Origin: Thermofilum pendens Hrk 5
GTDB taxonomy: Archaea; Thermoproteota; Thermoprotei; Thermofilales; Thermofilaceae
Reading direction: 5' to 3'
NCBI RefSeq assembly: GCF_000015225.1
Contig: NC_008698.1
Coordinates: 330,001 to 362,000, forward strand
Length of the DNA stretch: 32,000 nt
The position numbers were made by a program, and so were the translations under genes. The notes beneath the pieces were generated by a model. The model ran no database searches, was not told the origin of the DNA, and saw only the letters and a list, made by a program, of their open reading frames with translations. Below are positions 1 through 8,052 of the stretch, piece after piece; position 1 is the stretch's first letter, and every line of letters begins with the position of its first letter.

Positions 1-476
1 CGCGCTGCATCCTCCTCGAGGCAGATGGTCTGTATGCCTACCCGCTTTCCGTTGACCTCTACCGAGCCGCCTATCGCTATCAAGGCCGTGCGCTGGAACC
101 CGGTGACGTTTGACCCATCTATCACTATTTTTCTCATTACGTGGACTTCGTCTACAACGGAGGCTCCCACCATTAGCGCGAACTTCAGTGCAAGCTCAAG
201 CGCCTCCCTGTTAAGCTCGTGGGGAGGCTCTTCGTCCATTTCCACCAGGCAGACGTTCTCCCTGTAGCCTTCGTATAAGTACGAGAGGCCCTTCTCGTAC
301 TCGAACAGCGCTGCCGGGTCTATTTCACCGACCTCGCTTTTAGCGAGGCGCAATCTTCGCCTGAAGGTGAAGTGGGGGTCATCCTTTCTGAGGTAAGTGG
401 GACACGAGCAGAAGAGCTTCTTCTCGGTGTCAAGCATTTGGTGTATCTCAAGACCACAGCGTACGCGTGGCTCCAC
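1..476 (-). CDS. gatE: Glutamyl-tRNA(Gln) amidotransferase subunit E, N-terminal part (gene runs off the left edge)
   Basis: Absent from the ORF track because it is edge-truncated. My minus-strand translation from GTG 476 (alternative GTG 485) reads VEPRVRCGLEIHQMLDTEKKLFCSCP...VCLVEMDEEPPHELNREALE...IDGSNVTGFQRTALIA, a GatE/GatB-type N-terminal signature. It starts 2 nt after the gatD stop, the usual gatD-gatE arrangement. Confidence 0.85.
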   Translation of the reverse strand, partial: MEPRVRCGLEIHQMLDTEKKLFCSCPTYLRKDDPHFTFRRRLRLAKSEVGEIDPAALFEYEKGLSYLYEGYRENVCLVEMDEEPPHELNREALELALKFALMVGASVVDEVHVMRKIVIDGSNVTGFQRTALIAIGGSVEVNGKRVGIQTICLEEDAA

Positions 477-478
477 GC

Positions 479-1837
479 TTACCACCTCGCTCCCGGGTAG
501 TGGTCAAACTCGGACCTTTCAGATATTTCGAACGCTAGGTTCGCAGTGAACAGTCTCTGAATTTCCTCTGGGTCCTCGGTTTGCCCTAGGATCCAGCTGA
601 GCTTCACGTAAGCTGTCTCCGGAATCATGTCGCCGGCGGGAACAACACCTGCTTTTATCAGCTCGACCCCCGTCCTGTAGACGTTCATGTTAACCCTGCC
701 GAAAATGCACTGGGAAGCCATAGCTACGAACACCCCTTCGCGAACGAGCCTCCTTACGCTGTCTATGAGAGCTGTGCTAACGTGGCCTAGACCCGTTCCC
801 TCTATGACTAGCCCCTTGAAGCCCTTCTCAAGGTAAAAGTCGAAAATATCAGGAGACATTCCGGGGTAGAACTTGACGAGCGCGACCTTATCGCTAAAAC
901 TAGCCTGTACGACCACGTCATCGCCCCTACCTTTATACGTGCTCGTAGAGAGCTTCAGGCTGCCTCGAAGAGGGTCCACCTCGGCTATAGGCTTTGAATT
1001 AATACTCATGAACGCATCCCTCCTGCTGGTATGCATCTTGCGGGCGCGCACGCCTCTGTGAACCAGTATAGTATCATCGTTCACGCTTCCGTGCATGGCT
1101 ATAACGGATTCAGCAAAAGGTGCATGAACGGCTACCACTGTGGCGCCGATCACGTTGAGCGCCGCGTCGCTCGAAGGCCTATCAGAAGACCTCTGTGCTC
1201 CAACGAAGACTATAGGTCCTGGGGCTTCCTGAACCGCGAACGCCATAGCGGCTGCAGAGTAGTGAAGAGTATCCGTTCCGTGCGCGACGACTACGCCTTT
1301 AACGTCGCTCTCCCGGCGGAAAATCTCTCCTATCTTGCTGGCTAGCTGTTGCCAGTGAGACGGGGTCATGTCCTCGCTGAATATGCTAAATAGGGTTTCA
1401 GAGGAAATCCGGGCAAGCCGTTTAAGTTCGGGGATCATCGAGTAAAGTTCTTCGGCCGTAAAGTAGGGGTAAACGGCGCCAGTAACGTAGTCGACGCGCG
1501 AGGCTATAGTGCCCCCTGTCCCCACAAAGAAAACCCTGGGTTCAGGCTGCCCGAAGTCCTCCTGTGAGCCCTCCTCCTCACCGGGAGTTGGCGCTTCTCG
1601 AGGACTAAACTTCTCCAGAAGCTCTACGCTCACTATTCTCTGAAGAGATATACCGATATTGTAGCCATTGTCAAGCTTTAAGACTACGACGTCCGGATCC
1701 CCGAACGCCGGGCGTGGCATGAGTAATCCTTCAAGTACTAGCCCATCGGCAAGTTTGATCTTCACTCTGTCGAAGAACGCCGCACCCACAGAGTCGAGGA
1801 GCTCTTTGACCTTTTCGCTATACCCCTGGGACATCAA
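479..1837 (-). CDS. gatD: Glutamyl-tRNA(Gln) amidotransferase subunit D
   Basis: 452-aa ORF. It has an N-terminal GatD-specific domain followed by an asparaginase-type domain (FFVGTGGTIASRVDYVTGAV, VVAHGTDTLHYSAAA). It lies directly upstream of gatE. Confidence 0.9.
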   Translation of the reverse strand: MMSQGYSEKVKELLDSVGAAFFDRVKIKLADGLVLEGLLMPRPAFGDPDVVVLKLDNGYNIGISLQRIVSVELLEKFSPREAPTPGEEEGSQEDFGQPEPRVFFVGTGGTIASRVDYVTGAVYPYFTAEELYSMIPELKRLARISSETLFSIFSEDMTPSHWQQLASKIGEIFRRESDVKGVVVAHGTDTLHYSAAAMAFAVQEAPGPIVFVGAQRSSDRPSSDAALNVIGATVVAVHAPFAESVIAMHGSVNDDTILVHRGVRARKMHTSRRDAFMSINSKPIAEVDPLRGSLKLSTSTYKGRGDDVVVQASFSDKVALVKFYPGMSPDIFDFYLEKGFKGLVIEGTGLGHVSTALIDSVRRLVREGVFVAMASQCIFGRVNMNVYRTGVELIKAGVVPAGDMIPETAYVKLSWILGQTEDPEEIQRLFTANLAFEISERSEFDHYPGARW

Positions 1838-1966
1838 GCTATAACTCTAAGCCCACCCTATAAATAAAGCGCGGAAAGGGGAGGACTAGATGCTCGTTCT
1901 TTCTTGGTTTTTTGCTTCCTGTCCACGGCGCGCGTAAGCCGTGAAACCCTTTACCGCCTCTCGCGC

Positions 1967-1980
1967 GATAAATTTAAAAG
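1967..1980 (+). promoter_or_regulatory. TATA box for rps30e
   Basis: GATAAATTTAAAAG is centred about 40 nt upstream of ATG 2014, inside an otherwise GC-rich spacer. Confidence 0.4.
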
Positions 1981-2013
1981 GAATAAGCTTGCTCTCTTTC
2001 TGGGTGCGTTGGT

Positions 2014-2163
2014 ATGCCGTCTCACGGAAGCCTGACGAAAGCGGGCAAGGTTAGGAATGCTACACCAAAGATACCTCCAAAGCCCAAGAAGAACCTGATA
2101 CCCAGGAGGCGCAACTACAGGAACTACAGAAGGCGCATACTGTACGCGGCAAGTTCCCAGTAA
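2014..2163 (+). CDS. rps30e: 30S ribosomal protein S30e (eS30)
   Basis: Below the ORF-track size cutoff. Hand translation gives MPSHGSLTKAGKVRNATPKIPPKPKKNLIPRRRNYRNYRRRILYAASSQ (49 aa). The MPSHGSLTKAGKVR...TPK opening and the basic tail are the archaeal S30e signature. Confidence 0.85.
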   Translation: MPSHGSLTKAGKVRNATPKIPPKPKKNLIPRRRNYRNYRRRILYAASSQ

Positions 2164-2538
2164 CTAGTCAGCCTCTATTTTCTCCAACAGGTAGTCAGCA
2201 AGCTTTGCTAGTGCTTGAGCCACGTCGTACCCTTCTCTGAGACCGGTATAAAGCATCTCCACGCTTTCTTCGCAAGAGAGAGACCCCTTCAGCCAGGCAT
2301 ACGCCAGAAAGGCCTCCATAGCTTCTCCGGGGGCGATCCCGCGGGGCTTACCAAGCTTACTGAGCCTCGAAGAAAGGAATGCCCGTGCAAGGGTTTCGCC
2401 TGGAACCTTCACGCCGGTCGGTCTGCCTATGAGCGTTAAAGCCGCCGAAACCAGGAAATTCACCAACGAGTCTCCTAAACGCGCAAGCTCCTTGCTTCGC
2501 AAAACCTTCTCAAGTTCTTCTTTCAGCATCCTACCCAC
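2164..2538 (-). CDS. Small stand-alone RNase III-like domain protein (archaeal Ribonuclease_3-like family); activity uncertain
   Basis: 124 aa. KELARLGDSLVNFLVSAAL resembles the RNase III ERLEFLGD signature helix, and GEAMEAFLAYAWLKG resembles the ADxxEALxGAxxLD helix. Only part of the acidic catalytic set is retained. It lies 14 nt downstream of rpo11. Confidence 0.4.
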   Translation of the reverse strand: MGRMLKEELEKVLRSKELARLGDSLVNFLVSAALTLIGRPTGVKVPGETLARAFLSSRLSKLGKPRGIAPGEAMEAFLAYAWLKGSLSCEESVEMLYTGLREGYDVAQALAKLADYLLEKIEAD

Positions 2539-2551
2539 TAATGGGAAGAAG

Positions 2552-2857
2552 CTACCCCAGCGCCGCGGCGCTCTCCGCTACTACCTTCAGCTTGGCTCTC
2601 AGGGACTCCACGGCTTCCCTGATTGCTTCCAGCGGTTGCTTAGAGCCCTTAGTCCTCACGAGAAGATGCGCCACGTTGAGCAATGGATGGTCAACACGGT
2701 ACGTTGCTTCAACGTCTGGTATCCTGTTGAGCTCGTCCACGAGGAGGTTGAGCAACGTGTGCCCCTCCCCTCTTATCCTCAGCTCTAAAACGTTAGTAGC
2801 ATACCTCACGACCTCCACTACTGTATCCTCTCGTGCAACACCACCCGTACTCTGCAT
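2552..2857 (-). CDS. rpo11: DNA-directed RNA polymerase subunit L (Rpo11)
   Basis: LELRIRGEGHTLLNLLVDELNRIPDVEATYRVDHPLL is the Rpo11/RpoL motif. The ORF extends to TTG 2878, but the TATA box (TTTTTATAA, complement of 2886-2894) is only 12 nt from that codon and 33 nt from ATG 2857, so I prefer ATG 2857. Confidence 0.8.
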   Translation of the reverse strand: MQSTGGVAREDTVVEVVRYATNVLELRIRGEGHTLLNLLVDELNRIPDVEATYRVDHPLLNVAHLLVRTKGSKQPLEAIREAVESLRAKLKVVAESAAALG

Positions 2858-2960
2858 AGCACTCGAGAAAAAGCCCAATAACGCATTATAAAAACGTTCT
2901 GCAAGCTACGTAGCGCACCTCGGCTCCAAGAAGCTTCTCCGAGCCTCGAGTTCAGCGTGT

Positions 2961-3446
2961 TCAAGGCTGTCTCGAACTCTCCTCTACTACGTAGTAATAG
3001 ATCCTGTGGCTCCTACCCCCTTCCTCTAGGTTGTACACCTCGACCGGTCGCCACCCTGTTATCTCGAAATCGTGCGAAACTATGCGAGTCGAGGGTTTCA
3101 GCTCACTTAGAAGCTTCGGTTTCAGTTTTTCGTTAACGCTAGTCAAAAGGTATAGGAAAACCACGTCTGCCTTTGGGAACTTTACCTCGAAGAAGCTCCC
3201 GTTTACCAAGACTACGTTCCCGGAGACCCCAGCTTCAATAACGTTCTTCATAGCTTGCTCCAAGAGGTCTCTCCGTATCTCGATTCCAACAGCCTTCGCG
3301 CCAAATTCTTTCGACGCGATAACCAGCGACCGCCCGTCCCCACACCCGGGGTCGAGGAAAAGTTCACCGCTTTTCAAGCCGGCTATTTCTAGAGCCTTCC
3401 TGATCACTTCGTAGGGGCTCGGTACATAGGGTACGGTTACCGACAC
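2961..3446 (-). CDS. Crenarchaeal protein-lysine methyltransferase aKMT (class I SAM methyltransferase)
   Basis: VPYVPSPYEVIRKALEIAGL...LDPGCGDGRSLVIAS...LLTSVNEKLKPKLLSELKPSTRIVSHDFEITGW closely follows the Sulfolobus aKMT sequence as I remember it (about 160 aa). The ORF runs on to ATG 3593. In-frame GTG 3446 gives 161 aa and has a TATA box (TTTTAATTT, complement of 3467-3475) 25 nt upstream. Confidence 0.7.
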   Translation of the reverse strand: MSVTVPYVPSPYEVIRKALEIAGLKSGELFLDPGCGDGRSLVIASKEFGAKAVGIEIRRDLLEQAMKNVIEAGVSGNVVLVNGSFFEVKFPKADVVFLYLLTSVNEKLKPKLLSELKPSTRIVSHDFEITGWRPVEVYNLEEGGRSHRIYYYVVEESSRQP

Positions 3447-3566
3447 GGTATAAATACCTCTAGTGCAAATTAAAACCTTGTCACGCACGTGCCTATAAAG
3501 CCGCTTCGAGAAAGCATGGACAAGCGGTGCTAACGCCTCGAAGAAAGAGCCGCCGGTCTCTGAAAC

Positions 3567-3578
3567 AAAGTATATATC
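3567..3578 (+). promoter_or_regulatory. TATA box for the Lrp-family gene (leaderless geometry)
   Basis: AAAGTATATATC is centred about 28 nt upstream of ATG 3601. It lies inside the 5' extension of the long aKMT ORF, which argues that the extension is not coding. Confidence 0.45.
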
Positions 3579-3600
3579 TGACTTTACATTCATTTACCGT

Positions 3601-4065
3601 ATGAGCCACGAGGGCTTGACTGAAAAACAGGTAGAGCTGATTAGACACCTGTTTAGAAGAAGCAAACCTCTACGAGTGTTTACAGTGACGGATACTCAGC
3701 AGAAGATCTCGCTTGAACTGGGTATTTCGCGTCAAGCGCTAAACATCCATCTGAAGAAGCTTAAGGAGGCGGGCTATATCCGCACCGGTAGAGGGTTCCT
3801 GGATTTAACGGAGAAAGTTCTACCGATAGTTGGGAAGCAGGCCGGGGATACCTTCATCTTCGTAAAGCTACACCCCACGAAGAGGCTACAGGCTTACGAG
3901 ATAATTAAGACGTTGCCCGTGGATAGAGTCTACAGAGTTACGGGAGACATAGACCTGATAATACAGGCTTCGCAGGCTATGCTCGACGAGATCTTGGACA
4001 AGATAAACTCCATCGAAGGGGTAAAGGAGACTAAGACCTACGTAATTATCGAGGCTTTAAAGTAG
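3601..4065 (+). CDS. Lrp/AsnC-family transcriptional regulator
   Basis: 154 aa. N-terminal HTH (QQKISLELGISRQALNIHLKKLKEAGYI). C-terminal AsnC-type ligand-binding fold (FIFVKL...VYRVTGDIDLII...IEGVKETKTYVII). Confidence 0.75.
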   Translation: MSHEGLTEKQVELIRHLFRRSKPLRVFTVTDTQQKISLELGISRQALNIHLKKLKEAGYIRTGRGFLDLTEKVLPIVGKQAGDTFIFVKLHPTKRLQAYEIIKTLPVDRVYRVTGDIDLIIQASQAMLDEILDKINSIEGVKETKTYVIIEALK

Positions 4066-4823
4066 TCCAATATTTCTCTAAAGCTCTCGGAATCCCTGGA
4101 GAGCTTGTAGGCTTTTAGGAGTTTCTTCAGGTTCTCTATTTTCAAGGGGTCGTCTAAGCCTAGGCTTTTCCTCAGCTTTTCCGAGAGAGGGTTACCCTTG
4201 TTCACCAAAAATCCCATGAACTGGGTTAAGTTGGATTTCTGCGAGTCAAGGCTGGCGCTTTCAAAGTCCACGAGTACTGGCTCCAGCCTTTCCAGGTCTA
4301 CGAGTATGTGGTTACTGGGCTGGGAGAGCTCTGCGTGCACGATGCCGTGCTGATCCAAGAGGAAAAGCTTTGTCAAGAGTTTTTCCAGGACCGTTTCGAG
4401 CTCCTCCCTAGAGGCTACCTTCTCGACCCACTCGGCGAAGTCCACCCCGTTTATAAAGTCCCAGACGAGGAAGTTTCTCGAAGCGCACCTGATCCTGGGA
4501 CCCACGCCTAGCTCCTTGACGGACTCCAGTATTCTCGCCTCGCGTAGAAGCGAGACCCTATTCGCGTCCGTCCTTCTGATCTTAACGGCGACAACGCCGC
4601 TCCTCGCTAATCCCTTGACAACGAGGCTCGTCGTACCCTTCCCTATCACCCTAAGCGACCCCAGTTCGACGCTTCCTACGAGGCACAGGCTATGCACTCC
4701 AAGCATGCTGAGCTCCACTGCGCGTTGAACGGCACACTCGGGATCCATGCTGGGGTAGCACAGAACAGCCTTTAACTCATGTATTGCGCGCAGATTGTCC
4801 AGGGTTCTACACTGCTCAACCAT
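4038..4823 (-). CDS. RIO/Bud32-like atypical Ser/Thr protein kinase (COG2112-like)
   Basis: Motifs: GKGTTSLVVKG...VAVKIRRTD (Gly-loop and VAIK Lys), HAELSQPSNHILV (HxDLxxxN-like) and LVDFESA (DFG-like). The start is uncertain. ATG 4823 overlaps the cca 3' end by 52 nt, and the alternative is ATG 4748. Confidence 0.5.
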   Translation of the reverse strand: MVEQCRTLDNLRAIHELKAVLCYPSMDPECAVQRAVELSMLGVHSLCLVGSVELGSLRVIGKGTTSLVVKGLARSGVVAVKIRRTDANRVSLLREARILESVKELGVGPRIRCASRNFLVWDFINGVDFAEWVEKVASREELETVLEKLLTKLFLLDQHGIVHAELSQPSNHILVDLERLEPVLVDFESASLDSQKSNLTQFMGFLVNKGNPLSEKLRKSLGLDDPLKIENLKKLLKAYKLSRDSESFREILDYFKASIIT

Positions 4824-6193
4824 CTGTAGACCTCCTTCTTCTCCTCTGCTGATAAATCGCGGAGTATGTTCCTCAAATCCTTAACCTCCCAGGAAAAACC
4901 CGCGTAGCTCTTCAAAAGCGATAATACGTGCTCCGAGATTTCCTCTGAAACCACGTTTCTAATCACGGCGAGCCTACCGTTTGAAACGAAGGGACCGTAG
5001 CTCTTCGTAGACCACTTCCTGAGAAAGTTCCCCGCGTTGGGGTGCCAAACAGGTGGTCCTACGTGTAGAACCGTCTTCGGCGAAGTAAGCGATTCCAGCT
5101 CTACTAGCAACGCCGGTGTACCAGATAGCAACGTGGCCTTGAACCTTAGAACCTTAAAGCCTAGCCCTGCGAGGTAGCCCTCGAGGCTTTTGCCTATTCT
5201 CTGCATCTTGCCGAGCAAGGCATCGCCAGGTAATTCGGGGTGACGACGTGCCAGCACGGCAATAACGTTGTGCGAACTCAGTAAGCGGGGCAGTTCCTCG
5301 TCTGGATCCACTCGGGGCTCCGGAGGGTCTAACAGGCAACACAGGATGTTCTCGTCTTCACTGAACATCTTGGCGGCAAGGATAAACTTCGACAACGAGT
5401 CAAGGCTCACAGACGCCGCCGCGTTTCTCCTGGAATCCACGGGGTCAAGAACCACGAGCGGCTGTCCCTTGAACCTTTCCAGAAGATCCTTCCCGTCGGG
5501 CACCGCGACTTTGCCGGGACGCCACCGCGCCGCTTCGCGTAGGAGCTTCTCGAGCCCGTCGTAGTACACGACGAGTATCTCCGCTAGGTATCCTGAGAAC
5601 CCCTTTAAGCTCTGCTCAGCGCCGTAGATTCCCAGGTTTTTTAGTAACCTTTTCAAGAGGCGTATCTCGTCCTTGAGCCAGGGTTTCTCCGACAGCTTTC
5701 TCTCGAGGTACGCAGTGTGAAGTTGCGTCCTGTCGACAGGCGTGACTATCTCGCTTGGAGAAAAAACCCTGTATGCAGGCACTACATCTACTTCGACGCT
5801 GTTCGGGAACACTAGCGTGTAGTACGGATGGGAGGCATACCTTTCCTCTACTCGAGCGCCCAGCCTTGCAGAAGAACCTTCAGAAACTCTTCTGGCCACC
5901 TCCTTCATCTCTTCCAGCGAATACTTCTTCGGGAATAAGAGGAACAAGTCTATGTCTGCCTCGCCTTTCAACCAAGTATCGTGCCTGTAGGAGCCGTGAA
6001 GCTCTACGCTCACTTCTCCTCCTGCACGCGTATTCGCCTCCTCGAGCACCACCGCCATTAGTCTCTCCGCGAAAAGGTCGAGAGCTCTCTTATCCTCTGC
6101 GCTGGGCTTTACTTTCTTCAGGACTTCTTCAAGGCACTCCGGGTACTTAAAGACGCATGGATCACGGCAAGTCATATCTGGCGATCTCGTCAT
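4772..6193 (-). CDS. cca: CCA-adding enzyme (archaeal class I tRNA nucleotidyltransferase)
   Basis: VELHGSYRHDTWLKGEADIDLFLLFP is the class I nucleotidyltransferase motif. Length and architecture fit archaeal Cca. The start is ATG 6193 or ATG 6175, both overlapping the thpR 3' end. Confidence 0.85.
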   Translation of the reverse strand: MTRSPDMTCRDPCVFKYPECLEEVLKKVKPSAEDKRALDLFAERLMAVVLEEANTRAGGEVSVELHGSYRHDTWLKGEADIDLFLLFPKKYSLEEMKEVARRVSEGSSARLGARVEERYASHPYYTLVFPNSVEVDVVPAYRVFSPSEIVTPVDRTQLHTAYLERKLSEKPWLKDEIRLLKRLLKNLGIYGAEQSLKGFSGYLAEILVVYYDGLEKLLREAARWRPGKVAVPDGKDLLERFKGQPLVVLDPVDSRRNAAASVSLDSLSKFILAAKMFSEDENILCCLLDPPEPRVDPDEELPRLLSSHNVIAVLARRHPELPGDALLGKMQRIGKSLEGYLAGLGFKVLRFKATLLSGTPALLVELESLTSPKTVLHVGPPVWHPNAGNFLRKWSTKSYGPFVSNGRLAVIRNVVSEEISEHVLSLLKSYAGFSWEVKDLRNILRDLSAEEKKEVYRWLSSVEPWTICAQYMS

Positions 6194-6725
6194 AAATCGG
6201 CCCGCGCGGCGTTAAAGTGCTTTTGTAGAGCGAGAAGGATGTTACTTCCTGCTCCCCAAAAACGGTATCCGCGCTTCCGGCGATTATTCTCCTCGCGCCT
6301 GCGCTTAAAGGTCCCTTTAACCGCGCAATGGTTAAATGGGGGTGAAACTCCTCGTCGGGTTCCGGGAGCTTCACTCCTTTCAGCGAGGTTCTCACGAGCT
6401 CAGCTAGCTCTGATAGCTCTCTGCTTCCTTCATCTACACCTATCCAGAGAACTCTCGGGCGGTCAAGACTTGGGAAGCCCCCCACCCCCTTCAAGACGAT
6501 CTTGAATCTGTGGTAGCTCAGTTTCGCCAATCTGTTTCTAACTTCCTCTAGCGTGTGCGGAGGGATTTCTCCGAGGAATCTCAGCGTAATGTGGAGGTTT
6601 TCTTTCTCAACAAACTTCGCGCTTAAACCAGCGTCGCGTAAATCAGACTGCAGGGCTTCAACCCTCTGCAGAACGCTTGGAGAGGACACTTTTACCGCTA
6701 CGAAACTACGTATCAGGTTAGTCAT
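6162..6725 (-). CDS. thpR: RNA 2',3'-cyclic phosphodiesterase (2H family, LigT/ThpR)
   Basis: Two HxT/S motifs at the expected spacing (HITLRFLGE and HLTIARLKG), 187 aa. Confidence 0.85.
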   Translation of the reverse strand: MTNLIRSFVAVKVSSPSVLQRVEALQSDLRDAGLSAKFVEKENLHITLRFLGEIPPHTLEEVRNRLAKLSYHRFKIVLKGVGGFPSLDRPRVLWIGVDEGSRELSELAELVRTSLKGVKLPEPDEEFHPHLTIARLKGPLSAGARRIIAGSADTVFGEQEVTSFSLYKSTLTPRGPIYDEIARYDLP

Positions 6726-7131
6726 CTTTGTTCAGCCATTCTTGCAGTATCGCGCAGGAGTAAATGTCTCTTTCGCCCGAAGCGCACTTATGTAGGAAGG
6801 GGCAGAAGAAGCACGGGATTTCCTCCAAGAAGCCAGGTATCTGCACCTCTTCTGCTTCCTTCGCGAGCTTTAGTACGTAGGTTTTCCTGCCCTTGTAGAC
6901 GACTTGTTCCTTCGCAATGAGGCCCTGGGACTCCAGCTTGCGTAGTATTTTCAATCCCTTTCTACTGTCTACATCCAGCTTCTTCCATAGTTCCCGCTGA
7001 AGCACACCCTTCTCGCCAGCCTCCCTTAAAAGCTCCAGGACTCTCCTCTCTAGTGCCTGAAATTGCACGGATGACTCTTCTAGCTCCTCTATGTCCTCCT
7101 CGTGGGCATAGACTTTCGAAGCAGGAGCCAT
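6718..7131 (-). CDS. tfeB: Transcription factor E beta subunit (RPC34/RPC39-like winged helix plus 4-Cys cluster domain)
   Basis: The winged helix GVLQRELWKKLDVDSRKGLKILRKLESQGLIAKEQVVYKGRKTYVLKL parallels the RPC34 WH2 consensus (KILKxLESxxLIKxVKxVxxxKKxYxL). The C-terminal CFFCPFLHKC...C provides four Cys, as in the FeS domain of Sulfolobus TFE-beta. Confidence 0.6.
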   Translation of the reverse strand: MAPASKVYAHEEDIEELEESSVQFQALERRVLELLREAGEKGVLQRELWKKLDVDSRKGLKILRKLESQGLIAKEQVVYKGRKTYVLKLAKEAEEVQIPGFLEEIPCFFCPFLHKCASGERDIYSCAILQEWLNKDD

Positions 7132-7263
7132 TGGAAGTTACCTCTGAAAGTTTATCTTCGCAAAACATGAATAAATCGTTTTTCTTCGCGCGCTAGTTTC
7201 CCCTACGTTCGCACGGAGCAAAGAGTAATATCGGGGGAGAGCATAACACTCTTGAGAGGCATT

Positions 7264-8052
7264 ATGGTGAAGTACTTGGTCGTCTTTATAGTGGGACCAG
7301 CTGGCTCCGGAAAGAGTACATTCACTTCGAGCTTCAAGGACTGGCTACTTTCACAGAGTACCCCCGCTTCAACAATCAACCTCGACCCCGCCGTGGAATA
7401 CTTAGACTATGACCCCGACATCGACATAAGGGAGTACGTATTCGTGAGGGATGTAATAGAGAAGTATAACTTGGGACCTAATGGGGCGATAATAGCCTCT
7501 GTCGACTTGGCTGTTGAACATTTAGACAAGGTGCAGGCCGCCATGGAAGACCTACCCGAAGGCTACGTCCTCGTAGACACGCCGGGCCAGATGGAGATTT
7601 TCGCTTACAGGCAGAGCGGTACTTACATTGTCAGCGAACTATGCTCGTCCAGCTCCCTCTGCGCTGCGGTGTTCATGGTGGACGCCAGCATAGCCACTCA
7701 ACCCTACAACTTCCTATCCCAGCTATTCCTCTCGGCGTCGATGTACTATAGGCTGAGGCTACCGCTGACAGTCGCAGTCAATAAGATCGACGTGCTTGAA
7801 GACATGGAGAAAAACAGGCTGCTAAACTGGTTGTCCGATGTGGAGTCTATGGAAAACGAGCTCGAGTTCGCGAGCAACGTAGACAGAGTCTTCACGAAGA
7901 GAGTTTTACGACTCTTATCGGACTTCATGGAAGTAGTCCCGTTCGTACCCGTCTCTGCGAAAACCAAGGAAAACTTCGAGCAAGTGTACTTCTACTTGCA
8001 ACAGATCTATAGAGGGGGAGAGGACTTCGAGAGAGACGCAAGTGAATTATAG
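7264..8052 (+). CDS. GPN-loop GTPase
   Basis: P-loop GPAGSGKST, GPN motif YNLGPNGAI, and DTPGQMEIF. The ORF opens at TTG 7252. I prefer ATG 7264 because it sits 37 nt downstream of a TATA-like AAGAGTAATATC (7221-7232). Confidence 0.85.
   Translation: MVKYLVVFIVGPAGSGKSTFTSSFKDWLLSQSTPASTINLDPAVEYLDYDPDIDIREYVFVRDVIEKYNLGPNGAIIASVDLAVEHLDKVQAAMEDLPEGYVLVDTPGQMEIFAYRQSGTYIVSELCSSSSLCAAVFMVDASIATQPYNFLSQLFLSASMYYRLRLPLTVAVNKIDVLEDMEKNRLLNWLSDVESMENELEFASNVDRVFTKRVLRLLSDFMEVVPFVPVSAKTKENFEQVYFYLQQIYRGGEDFERDASEL

Noticed and set aside
25-267. 80-aa plus-strand ORF at the left edge, and the many other antisense ORFs in the track (for example 873-1061, 1031-1345, 2429-2891, 8327-8722, 12637-13065, 18056-18445, 20047-20436, 26088-26640 and 29303-30025).
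   Set aside because: Each lies entirely antisense to, or out of frame within, a gene with strong family motifs. Their sequences are low-complexity (rich in S, R, P and A), as expected for open frames opposite GC-rich coding DNA.
3447-3593. N-terminal 49-codon extension of the aKMT ORF.
   Set aside because: It shows no homology to aKMT, it contains the divergent Lrp TATA box, and a better-placed GTG with its own TATA box exists at 3446. I treat it as a promoter region, though the call is not certain.
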